Virus record (IMG/VR): IMGVR_UViG_3300027779_003464 | Span: 1-64,000 of that record | Strand: one strand, 5' to 3' | DNA: 64,000 nucleotides | From: a virus | Part shown: positions 18,535-29,264 of the stretch, one piece after another | Position numbering within the stretch: the first letter of the stretch is position 1 | How the letters are laid out: every line of letters begins with the position of its first letter | The notes under the pieces: model-generated | The model's database searches: none | What the model was told of the DNA's origin: nothing | What the model saw: the letters and a program-made list of their open reading frames with translations, nothing else | Position numbers and translations under genes: made by a program

Positions 18535-19971
18535 ATGATAATAGGAGTAGAGGTAAAAAATAATAATTTGTTAATCTCATATTATGATGAGAGCGGGAAA
18601 ATATCATATATAAGTAAGCGAGTATTAGACCACGAGATATTTAATTGGGTAGAAGCAGATAAGCCATCTATTCTAAAGAATTGGAACGGCAAGAATATAA
18701 GAAAGGCGAAATCTGATGAAAAATGGCTATCTAGAACTAGATTAGAAGAACTTTTAATAGAAAAGTTATCCCCTTCCGAAATAGAAACCATATATAACAG
18801 TGACTATTTTCCTAAGAAAGCTTTTTTAGATATCGAGATAAAGCTAACCAGTGACGAATTTCCAGATCCATCCCAAGCTAAAATGCCAGTAAATATGATA
18901 TCTTTTTGTAATGAAGAAGGAGTAAGCTATGTTTTATCTAATTTAACGTCAGAGGATCATCCAACTGGATTAAGTCAATCTGAAATAGATAAGATGGAAA
19001 AAGATGTAAATAATTATTTTGCAAAAGTTATTCCACATTCAGAAGAAGATAAAATAATATTTGAGGCAGACTTTAAAATAAAACTTAAGCATTTTGATAC
19101 TGAAAAAGAACTATTAGAATTTTATTTTCATAAGATATTACCAAAGCAGCCATTTATTACAGGTTGGAATGTAATTGATTTTGACTGGCAATATCTAATG
19201 AATCGCGCTAAAAAACTAAAAATAGATCCCCTAGCAAATATGGTATCTGATAAAACCTTTTCTAAAAGTCATAAGTTACCAGTTCACGTAGGAATAATTG
19301 ATTATATGAAATTATTTATGGATCCAGGATATAAACCATATAAGGTTGTAGAAAACTATACACTAGATTATATTTCTAGGCTATGTTTAAATACAACTAA
19401 ATTAAAGCACCCATATAAAAACATGCTAGAGTTTCAAAAGGATGTCCCTCTATTTACTATGTATAATGTCATAGATAATTTACTTGTTAAATTAATAGAT
19501 GATAAACATAACATGTTAGATGTTGCCTTTTCGCTAGCAAATGTAGCACAAGTAGAGGTAAATAAAATACAAGCACCCGTTCATATAACTGAAGTATTAA
19601 TGTGCAGGGAATTTTTAAACAAGAATTTAAGAATGCTTAAGAAACCATGGAATAGCGGAAATAATCAAAAAAATGAAACTTACGAGGGAGCATATGTAAT
19701 GCACCCTACTCCTGGTCATTATGATTTTGTTGCGTGCTATGATTTTAAATCAATGTATCCTAACATACAAATGCAATTTAATATTTCCCCAGATACTTAT
19801 ATCGGAAAGACAGGAAAATATCGAGAAACTGGTAGAGAAATAAGAACAAAAAATGAAACCTTATTTTCAAATAAGGAAGACTCAGTAACTCGTACTATTT
19901 TAAGTAGATTATATAGTGCTAGAGTCAAAGCGCAAAATAAAATAAAAAACTTAATTTATAAAAATGAGTAA
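18535..19971 (+). CDS. family B DNA polymerase, N-terminal subunit (exonuclease + motif A; split gp43A-like)
   Basis: FLDIE, GWNVIDFDWQY, YTLDYI, YNVID, YEGAYV, YDFKSMYP; ends before motif B KxxxNSxYG and motif C DTDS. Confidence 0.85.
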   Translation: MIIGVEVKNNNLLISYYDESGKISYISKRVLDHEIFNWVEADKPSILKNWNGKNIRKAKSDEKWLSRTRLEELLIEKLSPSEIETIYNSDYFPKKAFLDIEIKLTSDEFPDPSQAKMPVNMISFCNEEGVSYVLSNLTSEDHPTGLSQSEIDKMEKDVNNYFAKVIPHSEEDKIIFEADFKIKLKHFDTEKELLEFYFHKILPKQPFITGWNVIDFDWQYLMNRAKKLKIDPLANMVSDKTFSKSHKLPVHVGIIDYMKLFMDPGYKPYKVVENYTLDYISRLCLNTTKLKHPYKNMLEFQKDVPLFTMYNVIDNLLVKLIDDKHNMLDVAFSLANVAQVEVNKIQAPVHITEVLMCREFLNKNLRMLKKPWNSGNNQKNETYEGAYVMHPTPGHYDFVACYDFKSMYPNIQMQFNISPDTYIGKTGKYRETGREIRTKNETLFSNKEDSVTRTILSRLYSARVKAQNKIKNLIYKNE

Positions 19972-20107
19972 TATTAATATACCTTACGCTGGAACTACTT
20001 ATAATTATCCAGCAATACAGATAGTGTCAAAACTAAATAGTAAAAAAGTAGTTAAAAATGATAAAGAAATTGTCAAGTTGGCTAGACCAAATAAGAAGCA
20101 AATTTAA
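19964..20107 (+). CDS. small basic hypothetical protein (47 aa), absent from the ORF track
   Basis: MSNINIPYAGTTYNYPAIQIVSK...; its ATG overlaps the end of the polymerase gene. Confidence 0.4.
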   Translation: MSNINIPYAGTTYNYPAIQIVSKLNSKKVVKNDKEIVKLARPNKKQI

Positions 20108-20123
20108 AAAAAATAACAAAGTT

Positions 20124-20786
20124 ATGTTTTCAGAAGAAAAATTAATAAACTATAAACAGAACTTTACGGGAGTAAAGTTTCAATGGATTAAACCAGACGA
20201 TCCTTCAAAGTTAGGAACATTAGTAACATGTAAAGAGATATTCCCAAAAGGGAATGATATAATTGCAAAATTCGATGATGGGTCCACATGTTTTGCAAGT
20301 CAAATTACTAAAAATCTTCTTATGATACAGGGAGATATGCCTCCTTTGTCTAAAGAAGAAGTGGCTTCAATATATGGATCAAAGAGATCAGTAAATTCTA
20401 TTCCAACTGAGCCTTCTGTGAAGGATACTGTATATTTTGATACTCCTAATAAGAATGGAAATAATCAAAAGGCCGCGGCGCCTCCACTAAAGTCAACCCA
20501 GGATAATCCATTTAAAATGTTTAATTCTGAAGAAACAAATCTATCTATAAAACTAAAAATAAATTTACCAGATAAGAAATTATTAAAATTAATGTATAAT
20601 AATGCAGAAGATAAAGAGGTATTTTTAAAACAGCTTTCTGGTTTTGTATTATCAATGATAAATAATAAAGTAGTTAAAGAGTCAATGCTTGATATGTTTG
20701 ATCCTAAGCTTAAAGCTAAACCTATAACTAAATCAAAAGTTAGTAAAAAACCTAGCATAAAAGTAACAGAAGTTAAAAATGGATAA
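20124..20786 (+). CDS. hypothetical protein
   Basis: ORF; ATG 20124 (MFSEEK) after an A-rich leader is the likely start (track start 20058). Confidence 0.6.
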   Translation: MFSEEKLINYKQNFTGVKFQWIKPDDPSKLGTLVTCKEIFPKGNDIIAKFDDGSTCFASQITKNLLMIQGDMPPLSKEEVASIYGSKRSVNSIPTEPSVKDTVYFDTPNKNGNNQKAAAPPLKSTQDNPFKMFNSEETNLSIKLKINLPDKKLLKLMYNNAEDKEVFLKQLSGFVLSMINNKVVKESMLDMFDPKLKAKPITKSKVSKKPSIKVTEVKNG

Positions 20787-21333
20787 TAAAAAGTTAATAC
20801 ATAAGGACGAATACGATGATGGAAAATATAATATAATTTCTATGAATGGAGGTGATAATCACCTTAGGAGAATTGTATGCAAGTCTGACGGCATCTGTAT
20901 AATTCCATTCGACACAAATCAAAATGGTAAAATAAGAAATTTATATCTTGCAAAATATCTAGACTATCTTAATAATGAACATGGATATACATGTATGAAT
21001 ACTGAATTTAAGGGAGATAAGGAATCCGATTATGATGAAATATCTGATTACTTAAATTCAGAGCTAGGAATAGAGCCCGATGTAGACACGCTGTATTATT
21101 TAGGAAGTATAAACCATCGCCTTCCATTTTCAAAGCAATACAAATGTTATGGACTAGACCTAACTAATTTCTCAAAAGATCCTAATGGATTTTCAGTAAG
21201 TATATCAGATTCCGAGAAAGAAAATAAGTTGTATACTGTTGAAAAAATAAAGTTCAATAGGGTAATTAAGGGAGATATTTCAGATTCCCTATGCTTATCT
21301 GCAGCAATGTTGTTAATTTCTTATCTTAACTAG
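20779..21333 (+). CDS. hypothetical protein, possibly a degenerate Nudix fold
   Basis: DGICIIPF..ELGI..LYYLG..KCYGLD layout resembles Nudix but lacks the canonical box. Confidence 0.4.
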   Translation: MDNKKLIHKDEYDDGKYNIISMNGGDNHLRRIVCKSDGICIIPFDTNQNGKIRNLYLAKYLDYLNNEHGYTCMNTEFKGDKESDYDEISDYLNSELGIEPDVDTLYYLGSINHRLPFSKQYKCYGLDLTNFSKDPNGFSVSISDSEKENKLYTVEKIKFNRVIKGDISDSLCLSAAMLLISYLN

Positions 21334-21378
21334 AAACTAAAATTTATTTTCTTAGTAAAATAATATAAAAACATAAAC

Positions 21379-22572
21379 ATGGCAAATACTAAAGATTTAA
21401 TGTCGGCTTTCAGTAGATTTAACGATAATCTTGAAAAACACACAAAGAAAAGAGTAAAACTTAGAGGATTCTCTGATGTAACTGAATATATTGATACCGG
21501 CAATTATTTATTGAATGCACAAATGTCCGGCTCTCTTAGGGGAGGATATCCGAATGCTCGAAGCTTAGGAATAGGGGGAGATTCAGGAACGGGTAAGACC
21601 TTTCTATGCTTAAACGCTATAAAAAATGCACAAGCCATTGACTATGCCGTATTCTATATAGATACAGAAGGAGCATTAGATAGCAATGATTTTGAAAATT
21701 TTGGAGTAAACATGGACCTATTGAATTACAAAAGAATAGGTATTATATCAGAGGTAAAGTTTTTTATTAATGATATAATTAAAATGGTGGAAGAAAATCC
21801 AGGACTAAAGATAATGATTATTGTAGATTCGCTTACTCACTTAGAAACTAATAAAGAAGTTGACGACATTACTAAAGGAAGTAACGCTCAAGATATGGGA
21901 TTAAGAGCGAAAGAATTAAGACAGCTATTTAAATCATTTACGTTAGATTTGTCTAATTTAAAAATACCTTTAATATTTACTTCTCATACATATGCGAGTA
22001 TGGATCAATATACCCCAAAAGCGATGAGTGGAGGGGCAGGTCCTTTATATGGAGCATCAGTAGTTATGATGTTGTCTAAGGGACATTTAAAAGATGATAG
22101 TAAAACAAAAACAGGAGTAATTGTTAGAAGTCAAACGGATAAAAATAGATTAGCTAAGCCAGATAAAATTGAGTTTCACATTAGCTTTCACAAAGGAATG
22201 AATCCATATGTTGGATTACAAGATTATATTAGTTGGGAAAACTGTGGAGTAGGTAGAGGAAATAAGCTGACTGAAAAGGAATTTAGTAAATTAAAAGGAG
22301 CTGAATCTGATAAGTGTAATAAATTTGAAGTAGATGGAGAAACACTCTACTTTTTACCAAAAGAAACAGCAAGAAATTATATAATTAGACACAATGGTGA
22401 TGTTGTCCCATGGAGGGAAATATTTACTAACAAAGTGTTTATAGAGCCAGTTCTAGATGAGTTGGACAAAAACGTAATAATCCCTAAATTCAAATATAGC
22501 TCTCTTGCTGAAGTTGAAAACGATGAATTATCTGATTTAGAACAAATGGAAGGTAATGATTCTAACGACTAG
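21379..22572 (+). CDS. uvsX: UvsX/RecA-like recombinase
   Basis: IDTGNYLLNA, GDSGTGKT, YIDTE, IVDSL, DMGLRAK, MSGGAG; promoter AAAC-N17-GTAAAA at 21334-21360. Confidence 0.9.
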   Translation: MANTKDLMSAFSRFNDNLEKHTKKRVKLRGFSDVTEYIDTGNYLLNAQMSGSLRGGYPNARSLGIGGDSGTGKTFLCLNAIKNAQAIDYAVFYIDTEGALDSNDFENFGVNMDLLNYKRIGIISEVKFFINDIIKMVEENPGLKIMIIVDSLTHLETNKEVDDITKGSNAQDMGLRAKELRQLFKSFTLDLSNLKIPLIFTSHTYASMDQYTPKAMSGGAGPLYGASVVMMLSKGHLKDDSKTKTGVIVRSQTDKNRLAKPDKIEFHISFHKGMNPYVGLQDYISWENCGVGRGNKLTEKEFSKLKGAESDKCNKFEVDGETLYFLPKETARNYIIRHNGDVVPWREIFTNKVFIEPVLDELDKNVIIPKFKYSSLAEVENDELSDLEQMEGNDSND

Positions 22573-22888
22573 TCAAGATATATCAATAAAATATGCGTTA
22601 AACATGCATCTTATGGAATCCTTCATTGAGAAGGATTCTGTTGTGTTTGAGATAATCAAATACTTGATAAATCAAGACTTATTTAAAAATGATATGAAAA
22701 ACATTAAGTTTTCCACTAAAACTTTAAAATATATCTTTGGAGAAGATAAAATAAAAGAAGAAAAATTTAAAGAGTTTATTATTAATAGTATTAAAGAATT
22801 AATAAAGGAAAACTTAATCACGATAAAGGGTAAAACATTCTATATATCGGAGGTGCTTGTTAAAAAATTTTATAATATAACAGATTAA
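22556..22888 (+). CDS. hypothetical protein (possible winged helix)
   Basis: ORF overlapping the uvsX end; IKELIKENLITIKGKTFYI. Confidence 0.5.
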   Translation: MILTTSQDISIKYALNMHLMESFIEKDSVVFEIIKYLINQDLFKNDMKNIKFSTKTLKYIFGEDKIKEEKFKEFIINSIKELIKENLITIKGKTFYISEVLVKKFYNITD

Positions 22889-22893
22889 AAAAA

Positions 22894-24426
22894 ATGATAG
22901 ATTTTACAGAAAATATAAATTCACTAGAGTCAATGGTTTGGAATTTTATACTAAATTCAGAAAACGATATAAATGACATTAGACCACAAAATCACGCGTC
23001 TCTTCCTAAAGAAGAAATAATACCATTGATTCAACCTAAATATTTCTCTGATGAAACTAGACAGGATACTTATAAATATGCTCTAAAATTCTTTAAGGAA
23101 TATAGTAAAATTCCAAATAAAAAGGAATTAAAGAGCTATATTGACTTAAATAATTATTTTCTTGAGGATTCAGACTTTGATGAACTCTATTTCTTTAGTT
23201 TAAATGAATATAGTTATGATTACTTATACCAATATGTTAAATCATTCGTAATGTTAAGGAACTTAAACTTAACTATGTTTGAGATGTTAGCTTACTTAAA
23301 GACAACAGCAGTTAGTCCAAATAATATTGATAGTATAACTGAAAAAATAAGAAACGACATAAATAATAATTTATCTGTAAACTTTAGTTCAAATAGTAAT
23401 GGATTAAATTTCTTTGATCCCAAATCTCACATACAGATACCTAAATATGGTACTCCAAGTGGATTTGAATTTTTTAATAAAACATTAGGTGGAGGATGGA
23501 ATCTAAAAACGCTGGTTGTTCTACAGGGTAGACCAAAGGTAGGAAAATCTATGGTTTTAGGTAATATTGCAGCACGGGCATTTCTATCTGGAAATAATAC
23601 TGGACTCGTAACAGTCGAGCTAGCAGACAGGAGCTATATGAAAAGAATTGGATCAAATATCTTAGGAATTCAAAAAGATGAATACGAAAACATCACGGAT
23701 GATAATAGAGCAAAACTTGTAGAAGATAAAATAAATGAATTAAAGGAATCCGGTCAAAATTTAGGATATTTAGAGGTTGTTGAGTTTCCAACTGGAGGAG
23801 CAACTGCAATAGACGTAGAAAACTACTTTATACGACTAGAAAGTAGGTTAAATAAAAAATTCAAAATTATTGTCGTTGATTACCTAAACTTACTAAAACC
23901 AATTAAAGATCAAAATGGTTTATATGAAAAGGTTAAAACAATATGCGAAGAACTTAGAGGAGTTGCTATGAGAAATGAGTGGTGTATAATATCAGCTACT
24001 CAAATTAGAAGAGAAGATGTAGAAAACTTTGACTTAGGAATGGATTCAGTTGCTGAATCTTTTGGACTAGTACACACAGTTGATTCTCTATATGGATTAA
24101 TGAGGAGCCCTCTTGAAGGAAGAATGAAAATAAAGGTGATAGCAAATAGAGATAATGGGTATGAAGAAAGTTATAAGTTTTATACTATGGAAAAAGATTT
24201 CTTTAGATTAACTGAAGAATCGGGATCTAATAGCGAATATTATAGCGATGATGATGTAGCAGGAGGGTTGCAAGATCAAGTGAGAGAAGAATATAAAAAT
24301 ATTACTCCTGTTATTCCAGAAAACGGAACTCACCCTAATTCCATTGAATTAAATGGTGTAGATAAAAAGAAAGATACTAGCGCATATTCTGATGATGAAT
24401 ATGACAAGCTCTTTAACTCTATATAA
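22894..24426 (+). CDS. DnaB/gp41-like replicative helicase
   Basis: GRPKVGKS, VTVEL, EFPTG, VVDYLNL, ISATQ, AESFG. Confidence 0.9.
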   Translation: MIDFTENINSLESMVWNFILNSENDINDIRPQNHASLPKEEIIPLIQPKYFSDETRQDTYKYALKFFKEYSKIPNKKELKSYIDLNNYFLEDSDFDELYFFSLNEYSYDYLYQYVKSFVMLRNLNLTMFEMLAYLKTTAVSPNNIDSITEKIRNDINNNLSVNFSSNSNGLNFFDPKSHIQIPKYGTPSGFEFFNKTLGGGWNLKTLVVLQGRPKVGKSMVLGNIAARAFLSGNNTGLVTVELADRSYMKRIGSNILGIQKDEYENITDDNRAKLVEDKINELKESGQNLGYLEVVEFPTGGATAIDVENYFIRLESRLNKKFKIIVVDYLNLLKPIKDQNGLYEKVKTICEELRGVAMRNEWCIISATQIRREDVENFDLGMDSVAESFGLVHTVDSLYGLMRSPLEGRMKIKVIANRDNGYEESYKFYTMEKDFFRLTEESGSNSEYYSDDDVAGGLQDQVREEYKNITPVIPENGTHPNSIELNGVDKKKDTSAYSDDEYDKLFNSI

Positions 24427-24441
24427 AATAATCATGTATAT

Positions 24442-25002
24442 ATGGCAGATAAAACTAAAGAAGAGTTAGCAGAAATTAGGAAGAAACGTAGAGAAGATAA
24501 AATATTTAATAATAGATATAAGTCTGGGGAAGGATTAAGAGAAGATGACGAGTGGAAACGACAAACCACAATTGCAATAAATCCAAATTACGCCGATCAA
24601 TATTTAAACGACATCTATAACTATGAAGAAACTCTAGATTATAATATTGGAATAGAAAGAATATTTAAATTTATAAAAGCAGATAGTGAATTAAATAGTT
24701 TATTATCTAGAAAAGATGAGACCACAAAAATAAAATTATCAAAGGAAGAGATTAATAAATGCTTTACTAAAATTTTAAATTTAATGGAGCAGTCAGGTGC
24801 AGAAGCTGAACAATTCTATAATCCAATATACATACTGGAAGCACTATCTTCTATTTTATTCATTAATTCAGCAGATCCAGTAAAAGACTATAAAAAAATA
24901 TTCGATGCACTAGATGTCGAGTTTCAAGAAGAATTAATAGTTGAGCTTAATAAGAAATACCAATTTTTAGAAGGAAAAATGAATAAGCGAAAAATACATT
25001 AA
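24442..25002 (+). CDS. hypothetical protein
   Basis: ORF between the helicase and gp47. Confidence 0.6.
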   Translation: MADKTKEELAEIRKKRREDKIFNNRYKSGEGLREDDEWKRQTTIAINPNYADQYLNDIYNYEETLDYNIGIERIFKFIKADSELNSLLSRKDETTKIKLSKEEINKCFTKILNLMEQSGAEAEQFYNPIYILEALSSILFINSADPVKDYKKIFDALDVEFQEELIVELNKKYQFLEGKMNKRKIH

Positions 25003-26115
25003 ATGTCATTAAGCGGAATACGAAATATATATCTTTTAGGAGATCTCCACTTAGGCGTACGGAATAACTCAATAGAATGGTTTGAAATTCAAAAATCATT
25101 TATATTAGATTGGTTTATACCGAAAATACTAGAAGATGGCTTTGATCCAGATCAAGACATTTTATTTCAGGCTGGAGATTGGAATCATGTTCGAGAATCA
25201 ACTAATGTTAGAATATCAAATGGATCTCTAGAAATATTTAAGATATTATCTGATACTTTTAAGAGAGGAATTCACATCATTCTTGGAAACCATGACGTTT
25301 ATTATAAAGACAGGAATGATATACACTCTTTAAAAGAGATAAGCTCAATTTTTAATAATATTAATATATATGAACAACCTGAGGCTATAAAAATTAATAG
25401 CCACAATATATTGATGCTACCGTGGGAGCACGACGCAGATATATTATCAAAAACAGTAGAATCCTATGCAAACTCATGTGATTACATATTATGTCATGCA
25501 GATATTAAAGATTTTAAATTAAATAAATGGGCCAAAATAGAACACGGCCTAGAGTTATCTAAGCTATCATCATATAAAAGAATATACTCGGGACATATAC
25601 ACACCCGTCAAGAACATAAAAATGTTTTATATATTGGTACACCTTACCACTTAGATAGGGGAGATGTTGATAACATAAAGGGATTTTATAAGCTAAATTT
25701 AGAGGGAGAAAACATAAAAGAATATTTCTATGAAAATACCTATTCTCCTAGATACATTAAATACGATATTAATAGTATTATTAATTTAAATATAAAAGAA
25801 ATCAGATCAATATTTAATAATAATTTTGTTGATATCAGTATATCTAACGATTTAGCAAAAACGTTTCCACTTACTAAGTTTTTAGACTTAGTAAAGGATG
25901 GACATAGATCAATCGAATTTAGACCATATTCTGATACTGAGGAAATAAATATAGAAAAGATAAGTTCAACAGGTACATATGATTATAATATATATGAGGT
26001 ATTATCAGATTATATTGATATGAGGGAAATTCCAAAAACATTATCTAATAAGATAATTAATAAGTTTAAGGAAATTCACACTGAACTTAAAAATAACCAA
26101 AAATACTATGAATAA
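25003..26115 (+). CDS. gp47/Mre11/SbcD-like recombination nuclease
   Basis: GDLHLG, AGD, GNHD, MLPW, SGHIH, YIGTPY. Confidence 0.9.
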   Translation: MSLSGIRNIYLLGDLHLGVRNNSIEWFEIQKSFILDWFIPKILEDGFDPDQDILFQAGDWNHVRESTNVRISNGSLEIFKILSDTFKRGIHIILGNHDVYYKDRNDIHSLKEISSIFNNINIYEQPEAIKINSHNILMLPWEHDADILSKTVESYANSCDYILCHADIKDFKLNKWAKIEHGLELSKLSSYKRIYSGHIHTRQEHKNVLYIGTPYHLDRGDVDNIKGFYKLNLEGENIKEYFYENTYSPRYIKYDINSIINLNIKEIRSIFNNNFVDISISNDLAKTFPLTKFLDLVKDGHRSIEFRPYSDTEEINIEKISSTGTYDYNIYEVLSDYIDMREIPKTLSNKIINKFKEIHTELKNNQKYYE

Positions 26116-26680
26116 AATAATAATAATACTACTTTTCTTAGGTTTAAACCTCGCATGTTTTAGCCAAGTTGTAGTAGAAGGAGATATCTTTAAAATAACA
26201 TATTCTGAAAAATATGAGCAGCCCTTAGAAGTAATCTACACAGTAGATTGTCCTTTAGGAAAAGCGAGCCGCAAAGGAATGGATTTTTATAAAGTAGACT
26301 CTATTAAAACATCAGATAATTATGATTATAAAGGTAATGTATGGGATAAGGGACATATGGCCCCTGCCGCTGCTTTTAATTGTGACGAGGAGACTTTGCG
26401 CAAAACATTTAGCTATTTAAACTGTGCTTTACAACATCAAGGATTAAATAGAGGCCCTTGGAAAGAATTAGAAAGATTTGAAAGAGATTTAGCAAAATTA
26501 TTCACAGTAAATGTTAAAATACAGGTAATATTTGATAAAAATAGTGAAAAATTAGAAACTGGAGCAACTGTCCCGTCATTTTTTATAAAAACTATTACAT
26601 TTGAAAATTACGAATTTATTTATAAATTTCCAAATGGAGATGTTAAGGGAAAAAACTGGGCAACTTTTAAAATAAAATAA
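26108..26680 (+). CDS. secreted DNA/RNA non-specific endonuclease (NucA/EndoG family)
   Basis: Signal peptide; WDKGHMAPA, TFSYLNCALQ, LNRGPWKELE. Confidence 0.85.
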   Translation: MNKIIIILLFLGLNLACFSQVVVEGDIFKITYSEKYEQPLEVIYTVDCPLGKASRKGMDFYKVDSIKTSDNYDYKGNVWDKGHMAPAAAFNCDEETLRKTFSYLNCALQHQGLNRGPWKELERFERDLAKLFTVNVKIQVIFDKNSEKLETGATVPSFFIKTITFENYEFIYKFPNGDVKGKNWATFKIK

Positions 26681-26681
26681 T

Positions 26682-28388
26682 ATGAAGTTTAAGAAGTTAA
26701 AGTGGAAAAACTTACTATCCTATGGAAATATTATACAGACAATAGAGTTTGGTGATACTCCTAAGCTTGTATTAGTTGAGGGAGAAAATGGAAGTGGTAA
26801 ATCTTCTATAAAGGAGGCTCTTACTATATCCGCCTACGGTAAATCCGCTCTTCGTAAAATGAAGGATATCCCAAATTGGGTAAATAGGTCAGCATATACA
26901 TATAATGAGTTTGAAACCGATAAGGGAGATACTGTCATAATTGAAAGAGGAATAGACCCAAATTTTAGTAATATTAAAATAAATGGAGTAAATCATAATC
27001 TTCCAGATAAGAGAAAAATAGATGAATTTATAGAAAACGAGCTATTTAATCTATCTTTTCCTATTTTTTGTAATACAATAAGTTTATCTTTTGATGATTT
27101 TAAGTCATTTGTTAATTTAAATGCAAGTGATAAAAGAAAAATAGTTGATCCTATTTTTGGAATAGATATATTATCTGATATGAAATCTAAAGTAAAAGAT
27201 GACATAAAGGAAAGTAAGAACAACCTACAAATAATTGATTCTAGAATATCCGCAAATTCGACACTATTAGAAAAGTCTATATCTCAATTAAAGAAGCTAA
27301 GAGAAAAGTTAAATGAAGAAATAGAAGATAGGACAGAAGAGATAGGTAAAAGCATATCCGACAATAATATAAAACTATCCGATAAAAAAGAAGAGTTTTT
27401 AAAAATTAAAAATAGTATAGATGATATTAGATCAAAGGTTGCCACTCTTAGATCAGATATATCTTCATCAAATACTAAAATATTAGAGTATGATAAGAAA
27501 CTAGATATCTTTAAGAATAATAGATGTCCACATTGTCTAAGCGATCTAACTGGAGAAAAGACTTTAGAAATAAAAGAAGCAATACTTAAAAAGAAAGAAT
27601 CAGAATCTGTATTAGTGACGAGCTTGACTGATAATTTTAATAAATTAAACTCTTCTATATCTAATCTAGTGAAGTCGCAGGAATCTAGCAGAGAAGAGTA
27701 CTCTATAATTAAATCTGAGATAACTTCTTTACAAAAAGAATTAGAAAAAACTCAAAAAGACACCGATAATGACCAAGAAGATTCTATTAATGAAATACTA
27801 TTAACGATAAAGGGAGAAATATCCCAATCTGAGAAAAATAGAGTTGAGCATAGTGAAAATGTAGAATTATATAGTGCTTTAGAAGACGTATTATCTGATA
27901 CTGGGATAAAGAGAATACTAATAGATAAGGTTATACCTCTTTTAAATTCTAGAATATCTGAAATATCTGACCGGCTAGATTTTAAGTTTAATTTCTCATT
28001 TGATAACGAATTTAATCCAATAATTTTGTATATGGGATTAAATATTTCGCCAGAGAGCCTATCAACAGGGCAAAGGAAAAAAATGAACCTAATTGTTTTA
28101 CTATCATTCATAGAACTAATAAAAATGAAACATAGTGGAATGAATACCATGTTTCTAGATGAAATATTTAGCGGATTAGACAAAAAGAATGTATATATGG
28201 CAATAGAGATATTAAAAGAGTACTCAATTAAGTATAATATGACTATATTTGTAGTATCTCATGAATCTCTTCCAGAAGAATTTTTTGACACCAGGATAAA
28301 CGTAACAATGCCTAATCATTTTTCAGAAATAACAATAACATCGAATATAGGAGATAAACAAGAACCTACTAATAGTATTAAAGTATAA
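26682..28388 (+). CDS. gp46/Rad50/SbcC-like ATPase
   Basis: GENGSGKS, CPHC hook, LSTGQ signature, FLDE, VVSH. Confidence 0.9.
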   Translation: MKFKKLKWKNLLSYGNIIQTIEFGDTPKLVLVEGENGSGKSSIKEALTISAYGKSALRKMKDIPNWVNRSAYTYNEFETDKGDTVIIERGIDPNFSNIKINGVNHNLPDKRKIDEFIENELFNLSFPIFCNTISLSFDDFKSFVNLNASDKRKIVDPIFGIDILSDMKSKVKDDIKESKNNLQIIDSRISANSTLLEKSISQLKKLREKLNEEIEDRTEEIGKSISDNNIKLSDKKEEFLKIKNSIDDIRSKVATLRSDISSSNTKILEYDKKLDIFKNNRCPHCLSDLTGEKTLEIKEAILKKKESESVLVTSLTDNFNKLNSSISNLVKSQESSREEYSIIKSEITSLQKELEKTQKDTDNDQEDSINEILLTIKGEISQSEKNRVEHSENVELYSALEDVLSDTGIKRILIDKVIPLLNSRISEISDRLDFKFNFSFDNEFNPIILYMGLNISPESLSTGQRKKMNLIVLLSFIELIKMKHSGMNTMFLDEIFSGLDKKNVYMAIEILKEYSIKYNMTIFVVSHESLPEEFFDTRINVTMPNHFSEITITSNIGDKQEPTNSIKV

Positions 28389-28394
28389 AATTTT

Positions 28395-29264
28395 ATGAAA
28401 CTTTACTCAGGTAACAGCTTTGCTCAGGTATATAAAGATAGTTTAAATGGCTTACTAAATAATCCAGAATTTATAACTAGTCCTAGGGGATTAGAAATAA
28501 AGGAAAATTTAAATGTCTCTCTTGAAATCAATAATCCTTTATTATCTACATATGATAATAGTAGAAGGGGATCTCAGGACAAATATATTGCAGCGGAGTT
28601 AATATGGTATTTCTCTGGAAGAAATGATGTTGACTATATAAAAAAATATGCAAAATTTTGGGAATCTATTCAAAATGAAGATGGAACGGTAAATTCTGCC
28701 TATGGCAATTTAATTTTTACCGAAAGAAATGATAATGAGTATAATCAATATGGATGGGCACTAGATTCTTTATCAAAAGACAAAGATAGTAGACAGGCGA
28801 TTCTACATTTTAATAAACCTTCACACCAATGGCCTAGAAATAAAGATTTTGTGTGTACAATGTATGGTATTTTTCATATAAGAAACAATAAGTTAGACTT
28901 CACTGTAACTATGAGAAGCAATGATGCAATACTAGGTACACCAACTGATGTCGCATTTTTTACATGCTTGCAGCAACAAATGTTAGCCCATTTACAAATA
29001 TTGAAATACCCTGATTTAGAATTAGGAAAATATACTCATATTGTCAATTCCTATCACCTATATCATAAACACTTTAACCTTGTAAAAGAAATGCTTATGG
29101 AAGAATTTAAACCAATAGAATTTCCTAGGTTAGAGGCAGATTTAGTTCTCCCATCTGGATGTCCTTCAAATCAACTAAATAAGTTTATTGATAATGAAGA
29201 TAATATAGAAAAAATAATAACTAGCGACGCATTGCTTAGCTGGATAAAAAATAAATTAATATGA
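28395..29264 (+). CDS. thymidylate-synthase-family enzyme, probable dCMP hydroxymethylase/methylase
   Basis: NSAYG, DSRQA, DFVCT, MRSNDAILGTPTD (Asp where dUMP-specific TS has Asn), SYHLY; promoter GAAC-N17-GTATAA at 28362-28388. Confidence 0.75.
   Translation: MKLYSGNSFAQVYKDSLNGLLNNPEFITSPRGLEIKENLNVSLEINNPLLSTYDNSRRGSQDKYIAAELIWYFSGRNDVDYIKKYAKFWESIQNEDGTVNSAYGNLIFTERNDNEYNQYGWALDSLSKDKDSRQAILHFNKPSHQWPRNKDFVCTMYGIFHIRNNKLDFTVTMRSNDAILGTPTDVAFFTCLQQQMLAHLQILKYPDLELGKYTHIVNSYHLYHKHFNLVKEMLMEEFKPIEFPRLEADLVLPSGCPSNQLNKFIDNEDNIEKIITSDALLSWIKNKLI

Noticed and set aside
19940-20107. Programmed frameshift, intron or intein rescuing a full-length PolB
   Set aside because: Downstream frames lack motifs B and C, and no splicing elements or homing endonuclease are visible
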